Positions 21,572 through 30,135 of a stretch of DNA of 64,000 nt are shown piece by piece (the stretch's first letter is position 1; the number at the start of each line of letters is the position of its first letter). The stretch is taken from positions 1 through 64,000 of the IMG/VR virus record IMGVR_UViG_3300025423_000001. One strand, 5' to 3'. The notes beneath the pieces are model-generated. The model saw only the letters and a list, made by a program, of their open reading frames with translations. It was not told where the DNA came from and ran no database searches. Source of the DNA: a virus. The position numbers and the translations under genes were made by a program.

Positions 21572-21886
21572 ATGTCACAGAACCATCCTCGTACAAGAGA
21601 ACAACCTCAACAACAAGACGCACAGCCTACAGTTACACATGCAGTGTACCGATGGGCAACCCCTATCCTATTAGCTATCATTGGCTGGTTGGCAGGTAAC
21701 AAGCTAAACACAATGGATGCCAAACTCGACTCGGCGCTTACAACCCTTTACAGCTTACAGTCTCGCGTTGCTGTTCTGGAAACCAAGCAAACTGAGGACG
21801 AAGGCACATTAGCAGGTCACGAACAAAGGATAACATCATTCCTTGAGCAATACCCGCTAGACCGGGAACGCAGGAGAATCAAGTAA
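21572..21886 (+). CDS. Single-TM coiled-coil lysis-cassette protein (holin/antiholin-like)
   Basis: TM WATPILLAIIGWLAG followed by coiled coil; follows endolysin. Confidence 0.5.
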   Translation: MSQNHPRTREQPQQQDAQPTVTHAVYRWATPILLAIIGWLAGNKLNTMDAKLDSALTTLYSLQSRVAVLETKQTEDEGTLAGHEQRITSFLEQYPLDRERRRIK

Positions 21887-21892
21887 TACCCC

Positions 21893-23017
21893 CTATGAAC
21901 CCACCGAAAAGGCTTTCAGGCTATCCTGGAGCCTTTTTTCATGCCCAGTGGCGTAGTATCTGCTGGTAATGGCTGTGGATGTATGACCAGCTGATGCAGC
22001 AGCCATCTCAATCCCGAGACTCTCGCTGATGAGGTCTGTGTACAAATGTTTGAGGCTATAACAATCCTGCCTCACTCCCATCTTCTCCTTCACATGGGTA
22101 TGCCAACGCCTGACTATTTGCTCGTAGCGAATAGGCCGTTTCCCCGGCACCAGCCCTTCTGAGAAAAGATAATCCCCCTGCATATCCATCAACTCCTTCC
22201 ACAGCCCAAGCACATCACCAGCTATCACTTTGTGCACTTCACGCCGGTAACTTCCCTTGCGTATAGTGACAGTAAAGAGCTGCTCTTCAAGCTGAACATG
22301 CTCCTTTCTTACAGCCAACAGCTCTGTGATGCGTGCACCCGAACAGAAGAAGATATGCAGGAAACGGTAGAAGACGTAGTTGTTCTGCTTCAACCTCGAC
22401 GCTATCTCTTTCCATTCAGCCAGGGTCATCACTTCACGCATACGGTGGATAGTTTTCTTAGGCTCTACACTGTGTACAGGATTAGATGGTATCATTTCCA
22501 TCTCAAGTAGGTAGCGGAACAGGATGGACAGGTACGTCCTGTACTGGTTATAGGCCCGGTCGGAAAATTTTACTGAGAGGCCGGCACACCCATCCAACAT
22601 CTGCTTGACATGCTTACGTGTAACCAAATGCACCGGCATGTCCAACCGCTGGTTAGCTATCGACTGCTTGACGCGTCCTACCACATGCTTTAACCCCGCC
22701 CGGGTGCCATGTGTCACAGTTACTTTCTTCCAAGCCATATCCAATGCTTCACTTAACAGCCTGTCAACTCGTCTGGCCCTGGTTCTAAGGCCAGCTTCTA
22801 CGTCTTTCAGGAGCCTCACGGTTACCTGCTGTCTTTCCTCACGACTCTTGTACTTATTCATGCCTTTGACGATTACGAGTTTACCCGTAGCATCTCCTTC
22901 CGCATGAAAACGGTAGTGGATATACCATGGTGTCATTGGGGCATTTGCTGACTGCCAGTTTGAAGGGTGGACAAGGATAGTAGTGAATGAGTCCCCATTT
23001 GGAAGGTAGTTTCGCAC
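21893..23017 (-). CDS. int: Tyrosine integrase/recombinase
   Basis: SGARITELL (catalytic R), IRKG (K), YSLKH, AGHTS and RYY (catalytic Y); SAM-like AYNQYRTYLSILFRYL..NP. Confidence 0.9.
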   Translation of the reverse strand: MRNYLPNGDSFTTILVHPSNWQSANAPMTPWYIHYRFHAEGDATGKLVIVKGMNKYKSREERQQVTVRLLKDVEAGLRTRARRVDRLLSEALDMAWKKVTVTHGTRAGLKHVVGRVKQSIANQRLDMPVHLVTRKHVKQMLDGCAGLSVKFSDRAYNQYRTYLSILFRYLLEMEMIPSNPVHSVEPKKTIHRMREVMTLAEWKEIASRLKQNNYVFYRFLHIFFCSGARITELLAVRKEHVQLEEQLFTVTIRKGSYRREVHKVIAGDVLGLWKELMDMQGDYLFSEGLVPGKRPIRYEQIVRRWHTHVKEKMGVRQDCYSLKHLYTDLISESLGIEMAAASAGHTSTAITSRYYATGHEKRLQDSLKAFSVGS

Positions 23018-23077
23018 TGGAATTAACGATTACGTTAACGGTTGTTATCTAATCCACTGGTTATCAGAGGTGTGCCT

Positions 23078-23120
23078 TTAGTTTGGGAAACTAATGCTCT
23101 ACCAACTGAGCTACTTCCGC
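23078..23120 (-). pseudogene. 5' half of tRNA-Gly(CCC) (att core)
   Basis: GCGGAAG TA GCTC AGTTGGTA GAGC A TTAGT TTCCCAA ACTAA: acceptor 5' strand, D arm and anticodon arm. No T arm or 3' acceptor strand follows. Confidence 0.9.
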
Positions 23121-23130
23121 TTGTGGGGTG

Positions 23131-23163
23131 CGAATGTACAACAAGGGGCCGTAACCCACCAAA
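23131..23163 (-). promoter_or_regulatory. Bacteroidetes sigma70-type promoter upstream of tRNA half and int
   Basis: TTTG (23163-23160), N21, TACATTCG (23138-23131); consensus is TTTG N19-21 TAnnTTTG. Confidence 0.7.
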
Positions 23164-23315
23164 TTGCAACCCACTATCTCGAAAACATACCCTTACATAC
23201 CTGTCAATTTCACTTGCCGTTAACGATTTCGTTAACGAATGTAGGAACCATGCTCCATAGGCTCAAGCTCAAGTTATCCACAGCCCGTGTAGCTTAGAGG
23301 TCTAATACCCCTACT

Positions 23316-23618
23316 ATGTTCAACTTCCTACGTGCATCACTCTCCGATGTAGACGGACAAACGTCTTCCAAGCGTGTAATTGCTTACGCATTGTTGCTTA
23401 TCCTGGGCACCATGGCCATCACTGACACATTTACCATAGCACACTTCAAGGCCGACACTTGGGATGATGTGTTCTATGGCCTGCTTTTGTACGGGGGTAT
23501 GATTACCTCTGAGAAATTCACTAAACGCTCCATCCGTAAAACACCCGATAATGAAACATCTACCAGTAGCACTACTCCTGACAGCGAGTCTGTTGTTCTT
23601 CAGCCTAAGCTCCTGTAA
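23316..23618 (+). CDS. Putative holin
   Basis: SSKR motif followed by two hydrophobic helices; upstream of spanin. Confidence 0.6.
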   Translation: MFNFLRASLSDVDGQTSSKRVIAYALLLILGTMAITDTFTIAHFKADTWDDVFYGLLLYGGMITSEKFTKRSIRKTPDNETSTSSTTPDSESVVLQPKLL

Positions 23619-24102
23619 TTATGCCCGGATATGCGCTGAGAGGTTTCCACCTCACAGCGACACGTCTACTACCGTCCATGACACTCTTGTCTATCATGAC
23701 ACGGATGTAACAAGGCTGGTACCCGTGTACATTCCTTCTGACAGTACAGTAGTGTCTCTGCCTACAAGCTTGCATGACACTGTCTTTTCTGAAAACACTA
23801 AGTACTTGTTTCAGAAAGTCATAGTTCACGACGGTAAGGCCACAGTAGTATGTGCTACAGATAGCTTACAGGCTGTAATAGCTAAGTTGACAGTGAAGCT
23901 TCAGACGCTGGAGAAGATACACGACCAATCTACCACTATTAAGACTACTGTACATATCACCACTAATCACATCCCGAAATGGGTATGGTGGCTGATAACT
24001 ATTAACATAGCCTATTTGGCGTACAAATTCTGGCCATCTTACTCGGGCATACTCGGCACCGGTGTGTCTGCAATCGTAGCTTTATGCAAACGAAAGGTTT
24101 AG
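23551..24102 (+). CDS. Putative unimolecular spanin
   Basis: Lipobox LSSC at residue 22 plus C-terminal TM (KWVWWLITINIAYLAY). Confidence 0.6.
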   Translation: MKHLPVALLLTASLLFFSLSSCNYARICAERFPPHSDTSTTVHDTLVYHDTDVTRLVPVYIPSDSTVVSLPTSLHDTVFSENTKYLFQKVIVHDGKATVVCATDSLQAVIAKLTVKLQTLEKIHDQSTTIKTTVHITTNHIPKWVWWLITINIAYLAYKFWPSYSGILGTGVSAIVALCKRKV

Positions 24103-24350
24103 TCAGCATAGCTAAAGCCTGGGCCAAGTTTATAGAAAGCTCAGAGGCTACAAAGACTCTGATGAAGAGCCGCCTATCTACCTGTGACAGTTGCCCGCAC
24201 AAACGGCAACTTAGCCCTTTTGGCAAATGGGTTATCCTCGCCATCAACAAAGAAAGCTCAACATACTTTTGCGGCCAGTGCGGTTGCCCTTTGGCAGCCA
24301 AAACAGCTACCCCTACAGAAACCTGCCCACTGAACAAGTGGGAACACTAA
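24084..24350 (+). CDS. Small Zn-finger protein (DUF6171-like)
   Basis: RLSTCDSC...CGQCGC...CPLNKW. Confidence 0.6.
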   Translation: MQTKGLVSIAKAWAKFIESSEATKTLMKSRLSTCDSCPHKRQLSPFGKWVILAINKESSTYFCGQCGCPLAAKTATPTETCPLNKWEH

Positions 24351-24354
24351 CCTC

Positions 24355-24386
24355 ACAGACAGCGCTTCACGGCGCTGTTCCTGTTT
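24355..24386 (+). terminator. Hairpin terminator
   Basis: acagcgc-ttcacg-gcgctgt followed by tcctgttt. Confidence 0.5.
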
Positions 24387-24401
24387 AAATCCAATCCTCC
24401 T

Positions 24402-25460
24402 ATGCCTATTAACACACAGCACCAAGCCCATCTACCCGCAGCTCAAATTATGTACGACTCCGGCCTCACTGTCTCTGAAATTGTCCGTAGGCTGAGTAAA
24501 GAACATGGGATAGATACTGACTCGTATGCATTCCAGATGCATCTCTACCGACATCTCAATCGGAGTAAGGTAAAATCAACGGCTCAACGGGATGAAAATC
24601 AGTATGGCACGGATGCTATCAGTACGGATAAGAAGCTGACATCCTTCAGTTACAAAGACATCATCCCATTCATACAAGGGTTGCAGAAAATAAGCAAGCA
24701 GGCTTCCTTTAACCAAGAAAAGGCTGCATGGCGTATCAAGACAGACAAGCCTATTGTGGTGGCCACAGTGGCTGACTTACAGCTCGGCAGTTGGGCTACA
24801 GACTATGACCTGTTCATGCGTGTGACGGATGAGATTATCAACACACCAGACTTGTATGTGTTGCTGTTAGGAGACATCTTGCAGATGGCTATTAAGCTAC
24901 GGGGCGTGCTCGAAGTCTCTGACAACATCATACCACCTAAGCTACAGTACTACTTCCTTGAAAGCTGGTTGCAAGACATCCAATACAAGGTGATAGCCTC
25001 CACATGGGATAACCATTCAGTCATGAGGGAAGAAGCCCAGGCCGGCTACTCCACTTATGCAGCCATATTCGGTAGACATACAATCTACGCAAACGGCATC
25101 TGCCACCTCGACACAATCGTCAATGACATTACATACAAGTGGGCCATCACCCACTTCTTCCGGGGAAAGTCTATGTACAACAAGACACACGCACCGGAAA
25201 GATATTTACGCATGGAATTCCCTGAAGGTGACATAGCCGCACAGGGAGACTTCCATGAGCCAGGCATCTCCAAGTTCTGGGAAAGGCAGAAAGAGTATGT
25301 GGCCATTGTCACAGGCTCCATCCAAACTAACTCCGGTTACGCCAAGCGTTTCTTCAGCCTGACCACCGCCCCCGTCTACCCTTGTGTTGTACTGCAGCCA
25401 GACCAGAAGATGGCCACGCCATACTGGAGTGTGAAAGAGTATTTGGCCAACAAGCGGTAA
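24402..25460 (+). CDS. Calcineurin-like metallophosphoesterase with N-terminal HTH
   Basis: ADLQLG, LLGD, WDNH, ITH and GDFH motifs. Confidence 0.7.
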   Translation: MPINTQHQAHLPAAQIMYDSGLTVSEIVRRLSKEHGIDTDSYAFQMHLYRHLNRSKVKSTAQRDENQYGTDAISTDKKLTSFSYKDIIPFIQGLQKISKQASFNQEKAAWRIKTDKPIVVATVADLQLGSWATDYDLFMRVTDEIINTPDLYVLLLGDILQMAIKLRGVLEVSDNIIPPKLQYYFLESWLQDIQYKVIASTWDNHSVMREEAQAGYSTYAAIFGRHTIYANGICHLDTIVNDITYKWAITHFFRGKSMYNKTHAPERYLRMEFPEGDIAAQGDFHEPGISKFWERQKEYVAIVTGSIQTNSGYAKRFFSLTTAPVYPCVVLQPDQKMATPYWSVKEYLANKR

Positions 25461-25481
25461 AGGCGTATGTTGAAAATTATC

Positions 25482-25550
25482 TACCCATTTTAGCCGATGG
25501 GTTTAAAAAAGTGAGGGCTGCAGTACATATAGTACTTCGCAGCCCTTCTT
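25482..25550. terminator. Hairpins between convergent late and early units
   Basis: acccat...atgggt; agggctgc...gcagccct with flanking A/T tracts. Confidence 0.55.
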
Positions 25551-25568
25551 TATAAACTGTAGTCCGGG

Positions 25569-26111
25569 CTATATCTTGCCCGGTTTAAAGTCCAATGTGA
25601 TAAACCAATCCTGTCTTGGTGCTTCCATGAGTTCTTCAGGAAGCTCGTGTTCTGGTATCTTTAGCACCTCTGCCCACTTGCGGCGCAGAACTGTGCTCTT
25701 TTCGAGTGCCAGAAGCCGCGCGTCTGTTATATCCGTGTCCGTCCTCTTATCCCTGTGCCTGTATTGAAGCGTGCTACCATCTGTAATCAGCTCCTTGGCT
25801 TCCTTGCTCATCATGCTGTACTGCCCCTTCATAAACCTTTGGATGTCAAGCAGCCACCTGTTGTCTAACCGGTAGACTAAATAGACTCCTTCTTTAGGCT
25901 TGGCATGGCCAGCGTATGCGTTGCATCCAGTCACTTGTGTGTTACAATCAAACAAGGATTTGATATGTGCTACAATGTGGCTGCCATCAGGAAATAAGTA
26001 AGTGTTAAGCAGGTTGCTGGAACCAAAATCCTTGATATTCATGCCCACGAGGGGCAGGACATACCAAGTCGTCAGGTTTTGCTCGTTCAGTACTCTAACA
26101 AATTCGTGCAT
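25569..26111 (-). CDS. Hypothetical protein
   Basis: ORF in replication operon; FMKGQYS motif. Confidence 0.6.
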   Translation of the reverse strand: MHEFVRVLNEQNLTTWYVLPLVGMNIKDFGSSNLLNTYLFPDGSHIVAHIKSLFDCNTQVTGCNAYAGHAKPKEGVYLVYRLDNRWLLDIQRFMKGQYSMMSKEAKELITDGSTLQYRHRDKRTDTDITDARLLALEKSTVLRRKWAEVLKIPEHELPEELMEAPRQDWFITLDFKPGKI

Positions 26112-27001
26112 TCTTTTAATTCTTCTGTGTCTTGAAATCCATTCCTGTAAACAGACAGGTCAGCGATACCATACTTCTCCCAAAGCGGGTGCTCAGGAGT
26201 CATCATAGTAACGGTTGCTTCTGTCTCGGCATAGATAATGGGGCCATAGTACGGGCCGAAGTGCTTTTCGTAAGCCCTTTTCACCGTGGTGCCCCACATG
26301 ATTTCGTCCACAGACTTGAGCAGTTCTGCCGCCTTCTTTTCTCCCATCCCTGGAATGCCGGCAATATTGTCAGCGCTATCACCCATCAGCATCTGCATAC
26401 ACCAATTGTACTTGGCCTCAGTGCTGGTCACTTTCTGGATTACCAGGTCAGCACTGGTCAAACCCTGCCCTTCTTCCTCAGCCTTTTTACGTGCTGGTTT
26501 GTAGTTCAGATGTAGGCCGGGTATCTGCCTGAGGTCTTTGTCTGGTGAACAGATGACAGGAATGGTAGCCTCCTCATACATCAATCCCATAGCAACCATT
26601 GCTACGACATCGTCTGTTTCAAGGTGGGCAGGAGCTTGGAGAAATTTCCACTTAGTCATCAAGTGTTCCCGTACCACAGGCTCCCAGAAGCGTATCCACT
26701 CCATCTCATTTGTTTCCTCCTTGCCCGCACGGTTACCCTTGTAAGGTTTAAATTTGTAGATGTGGTAGCGGAAACACTGGCCCGAGTAGCTCGGCCCAAG
26801 GATGCCAAGATACGACTTAGCGCTGGATAGTGTGAGGAATTCCCTCATCCATGTATCCAGGGCCCCGTGCATAAGCTCCACTTCACGGTGTTCCCGGTGG
26901 TGCCAGCCTATCATCCAGGCAATACTGTCCCCGTCAATGATGAGTGTATTGCCTTCAGAGGAGCCGGGCTGCTGTGTTGTTGAATAGTTCAAGTTTTCCA
27001 T
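26087..27001 (-). CDS. 5'-3' exonuclease (PolI N-terminal/T7 gp6-like)
   Basis: IIDGDS, YKGNR, ETDD, SPDKDLRQIPG, GDSADNIAGIPGMGEKKA. Confidence 0.9.
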   Translation of the reverse strand: MENLNYSTTQQPGSSEGNTLIIDGDSIAWMIGWHHREHREVELMHGALDTWMREFLTLSSAKSYLGILGPSYSGQCFRYHIYKFKPYKGNRAGKEETNEMEWIRFWEPVVREHLMTKWKFLQAPAHLETDDVVAMVAMGLMYEEATIPVICSPDKDLRQIPGLHLNYKPARKKAEEEGQGLTSADLVIQKVTSTEAKYNWCMQMLMGDSADNIAGIPGMGEKKAAELLKSVDEIMWGTTVKRAYEKHFGPYYGPIIYAETEATVTMMTPEHPLWEKYGIADLSVYRNGFQDTEELKECTNLLEY

Positions 27002-27251
27002 GGATTAATTTCCAGTTTGTGTCATTGCCAAGTTTTTCCTGCCTTACCAGCCCGAGATTATGCAACACCTTCAATGAGCTGAGTATAAGCCTGTGTGAGT
27101 ATGTTGCATTCACCATTTGAGGGGCGGTGCGTTCTTCTTGCTCTAAGCAGCGAAGAATGTAGGTTGTGACAGGCTTGGACAAATGGTTGTATATGAAAGC
27201 GGCTTTTGCGTAGGCTGCTAACGGAATCTTACTTGCCTGTTGTTTTTCCAT
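26955..27251 (-). CDS. Small winged-HTH protein
   Basis: Likely start MEKQQ; ArsR-like SLKVLHNLGLVRQEK. Confidence 0.45.
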   Translation of the reverse strand: MEKQQASKIPLAAYAKAAFIYNHLSKPVTTYILRCLEQEERTAPQMVNATYSHRLILSSLKVLHNLGLVRQEKLGNDTNWKLIHGKLELFNNTAARLL

Positions 27252-27633
27252 GGGCTTTCGTTTGTCGTTCATTGGAGGTTTTGCTTCTATGGCAAGTCTT
27301 GCAGAGTACTTGAAAAGCTGCAGGGTCTTCTGCTGTAAGCCGCTGGATAAAGGGTGCAATGTCAGCCCAATCACGTAACGAGCCACAAGGTATGAGATGG
27401 TCAATCTCTACGGCTGCCCGGGCAAACCATTTCCTGCACTTCGAGCATTGGTATTCCCATTTCAGCCTTCGGTTGGCATTTCGTGATGGACGTTTTGCAG
27501 CCTCCAGGGCCTGCTTCATGGGTATCCAGAAACGGAAACTCTTTCTTAAGGCACTTCTCAGCTTGCCCCAGTATTCAGCCTCAGTCATGGTACCACCGTT
27601 ACGGGTTTTAAGTACTCTTGGTTTCGTTGCCAT
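27229..27633 (-). CDS. HNH endonuclease
   Basis: CSKC...EIDHLIP...QVLCKTCHRSKT. Confidence 0.8.
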   Translation of the reverse strand: MATKPRVLKTRNGGTMTEAEYWGKLRSALRKSFRFWIPMKQALEAAKRPSRNANRRLKWEYQCSKCRKWFARAAVEIDHLIPCGSLRDWADIAPFIQRLTAEDPAAFQVLCKTCHRSKTSNERQTKAHGKTTGK

Positions 27634-27704
27634 AGGATAGTAGGATTATAAAGGGCTGGCCGGTACTCGCCTTACGGGCTCCTTCCCGGCCTTCTGCCCT
27701 TTGT

Positions 27705-28321
27705 TTAGATATGAGCCAAATGTTTCTTCTCGGCCAGGTCGTCATGAAGCTGACCAACCTTTTCCTTGTGTGCATCCACAGCCTCTTCAATCAGCTTGGC
27801 ATACTCAGCATCTGTAAGCTGAGCATACTGGCTGGAATGATACAGGTTCTGTGTAACACCAGTAAGGGCTGAATGAGGGAAGAACTTCAATACGCGTAGT
27901 GCACCGGTACCTTTGTGGTCAATGCCGCCAATGAACATCGGGTCAACGAACACGTTCAGGGTGATAGTGCCTTCATTCTGGTAGTTCTTGATGTACCTTA
28001 AGCCACCAATATGCAGCCCTTTCACGCAGCTCTGGTCGTCATTGCAGTTAACTTTGTCCCAGCTGTCGAGATAAGTAGGCTGGCCAACACGGATGATGTG
28101 TCCTTCATATTCACCAGAGAAGAACTTGTCCCCGCTTTGGCGCTGCACAGCAGGTTCAAACACACGTTGTTCAAGGAATGTTGGCTTCTGGTAAGTCTTC
28201 AGCCCGCTGAATTCATCCACCGTAAAGTCAAACCTGTCTACTTTCTTCACGCCACCATCTGCAGTGCCGTCTGGTACAAACTTCCAGTCAATTTCACTTA
28301 CGACTTTGTAAGTAGCTAATA
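27705..28321 (-). CDS. rIIB: rIIB-like protein, exon 2
   Basis: In frame with exon 1 after intron removal (..QEG-L-LATYKVV..); CVKGLHIG and LRV motifs of rIIB. Confidence 0.75.
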
Positions 28322-29470
28322 CAACTTGTTATCGCTGTGGCTTTTTATCCTCAGCTTCTTATACTTCTTAAGTTTGTATAAGTTCGGCGTACATTTTCAA
28401 CCAGTTCACTCTGGCTGTCAAGCACTCTTGGAGATATTATAGTCTGCTATGCAGTTTCAATCTCTACGCTCTACGCAGTTCAGCCTCTTTTAACTTTCTG
28501 AATTTGCTCGGTATTAGTGCCCCTTGAAATATCTTATCGTGCTTACGTTGTAGGTAAAAATGAGCGTCTTTATAAAGGAATTTGTGTAAAAGCTTAAATG
28601 CTTCCATTTTTCTGACTAAAATCTTATAAAGTTTATCCTCTCTGGTTTCCCAAGAAGTTTCTATCTGATTATGATTAAGCACTTGTTCAAGCTGTTTTAG
28701 GAACACAATACTGTTTCCACAGATACCAGCAACTCTATAACAACTTCCGTCTTTAGCTATACCTACAGAACACCATCCATCTCCATCAAATACTCCACGT
28801 ATGTAGTGGCGCAAAAGTTCTGCTGGAATTGGAGGCATATTTATTTCACAATAGGACTTTCGATTACAAAGACCCAATGCTTGTAAAGCTTTTACGATTT
28901 CTTTACAGTTACAGCTAAAGATGAAGGACTTTGCAGTACCTTGAATCAATTCTAATTCTGGGCCAATATTATCTCTAAACAAGTTTAAGATATAGACATC
29001 ATTACTGGTTACTTGAATAGTTTTGTCATCTTTAGCTATTGAGCCGTCTGCTGTAAAAAATCCAAGCAGGTAAGCTTTTAACTCATTATCTATTACATCA
29101 AAGAAATCACGATATTTCAAAGAACTAGTATCTTTTAGCCGCCACGATTTTCTGTGAACTATAACAGGTAAGGAATATGCCTTAAAGTGGTGTATAAAGA
29201 ACTTACGAGTTTTGCTATATTTTTCAGTCAATTGCTCGAGAGTCATCCCATTTAAGTGCTCTTCATACCACTCTGTTACTTGCTCTTCTATGGGGCTTAA
29301 TTTGTACCGTGTCTTTACTTTCAAGGAGCCTTTCATAGTTATAAGGATTAGAATACTAATGTATGTACCTAGTAGTCCTTGATTTTATACTGCTATGAAG
29401 CTTAAATACTTTCACCGATTTTGCTTGATGCTTATTACAACATATTACTATGCTGCCGGGCTATACACTA
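28322..29470 (-). mobile_element. Group I intron in rIIB
   Basis: Exon GGGU pairs with intron GCCC (P1, U-G at the splice site); P7 GCGTA/TACGC; S-like AAATGTACGCC; terminal G (..AAGTTG). Removal restores the reading frame. Confidence 0.8.
28464..29336 (-). CDS. Intron-encoded LAGLIDADG homing endonuclease
   Basis: YLLGFFTADG and YIRGVFDGDG motifs; AT-rich. Confidence 0.9.
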   Translation of the reverse strand: MKGSLKVKTRYKLSPIEEQVTEWYEEHLNGMTLEQLTEKYSKTRKFFIHHFKAYSLPVIVHRKSWRLKDTSSLKYRDFFDVIDNELKAYLLGFFTADGSIAKDDKTIQVTSNDVYILNLFRDNIGPELELIQGTAKSFIFSCNCKEIVKALQALGLCNRKSYCEINMPPIPAELLRHYIRGVFDGDGWCSVGIAKDGSCYRVAGICGNSIVFLKQLEQVLNHNQIETSWETREDKLYKILVRKMEAFKLLHKFLYKDAHFYLQRKHDKIFQGALIPSKFRKLKEAELRRA

Positions 29471-30026
29471 ACCCTTCCTGTGTGAAACTTACATCATACA
29501 TGGTAGCACGCTGGATAGCCACTTCGGGGGCCAGCCCGTTCTCATTCACCAGCTTGGATGCCAACTCGTGGTTCACCACAGTTGTGTTGATATACTGGGC
29601 AAAGCGTTTGGCTTTGTCATCAGTGTACCATGGATTACGCAGGAAGCGGGCCCAGCATTTTACCAGCGGCAACACATCAATCTTCTTTTCAACGGAAAGG
29701 ATGATGCGTTCTACAAGCGACTTCGGTAACGGTTTGCTACTCACCTTACCGTTGATTGCCAGATACACCTTCCCGGTGTGTTTGTTTACCCACAGGAATT
29801 GACCACCCTGGGCATGCTCTACAATCTCCTTGTAGTTTTCCTTGGTAAACGGCTCAAACTCTTCGAGTATGGCCTTTAACTCTTCCATTGATGTAGCTGT
29901 GGATGCCTTCTGCTCCAAGTCTTTCATCAAGGCGTACTTCTGTTCGTCGTACTGGATGCCGTAGGGTATCCCGTTGTACGAGCCTGAGATGCTGTCGTTA
30001 CCAACTCGGTTTACGATAATCATCAT
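29471..30026 (-). CDS. rIIB: rIIB-like protein, exon 1
   Basis: Follows rIIA; PLVKCWARFLRNP motif; likely ATG at 30026. Confidence 0.7.
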
Positions 30027-30135
30027 ATATTGGTTTAATAGTGACAAAATTGGGAGGGGCAGATTCCTTTACGCACAAGCCATGTTGTACCCCTCCCGGC
30101 CCTCATTGGAAGGGGCTGACGGATTCATAGGAGTG

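Larger units (their letters stand above)
23023..23238. other. Putative attP (tRNA core flanked by arm-type repeats)
   Basis: ttaacgattacgttaacg (23023-23040) and cgttaacgatttcgttaacga (23218-23238) flank a tRNA fragment next to int. Confidence 0.75.

Noticed and set aside
23040-23120. Complete phage tRNA-Gly gene
   Set aside because: No TTCRA T loop or 3' acceptor strand after the anticodon arm; treated as att core
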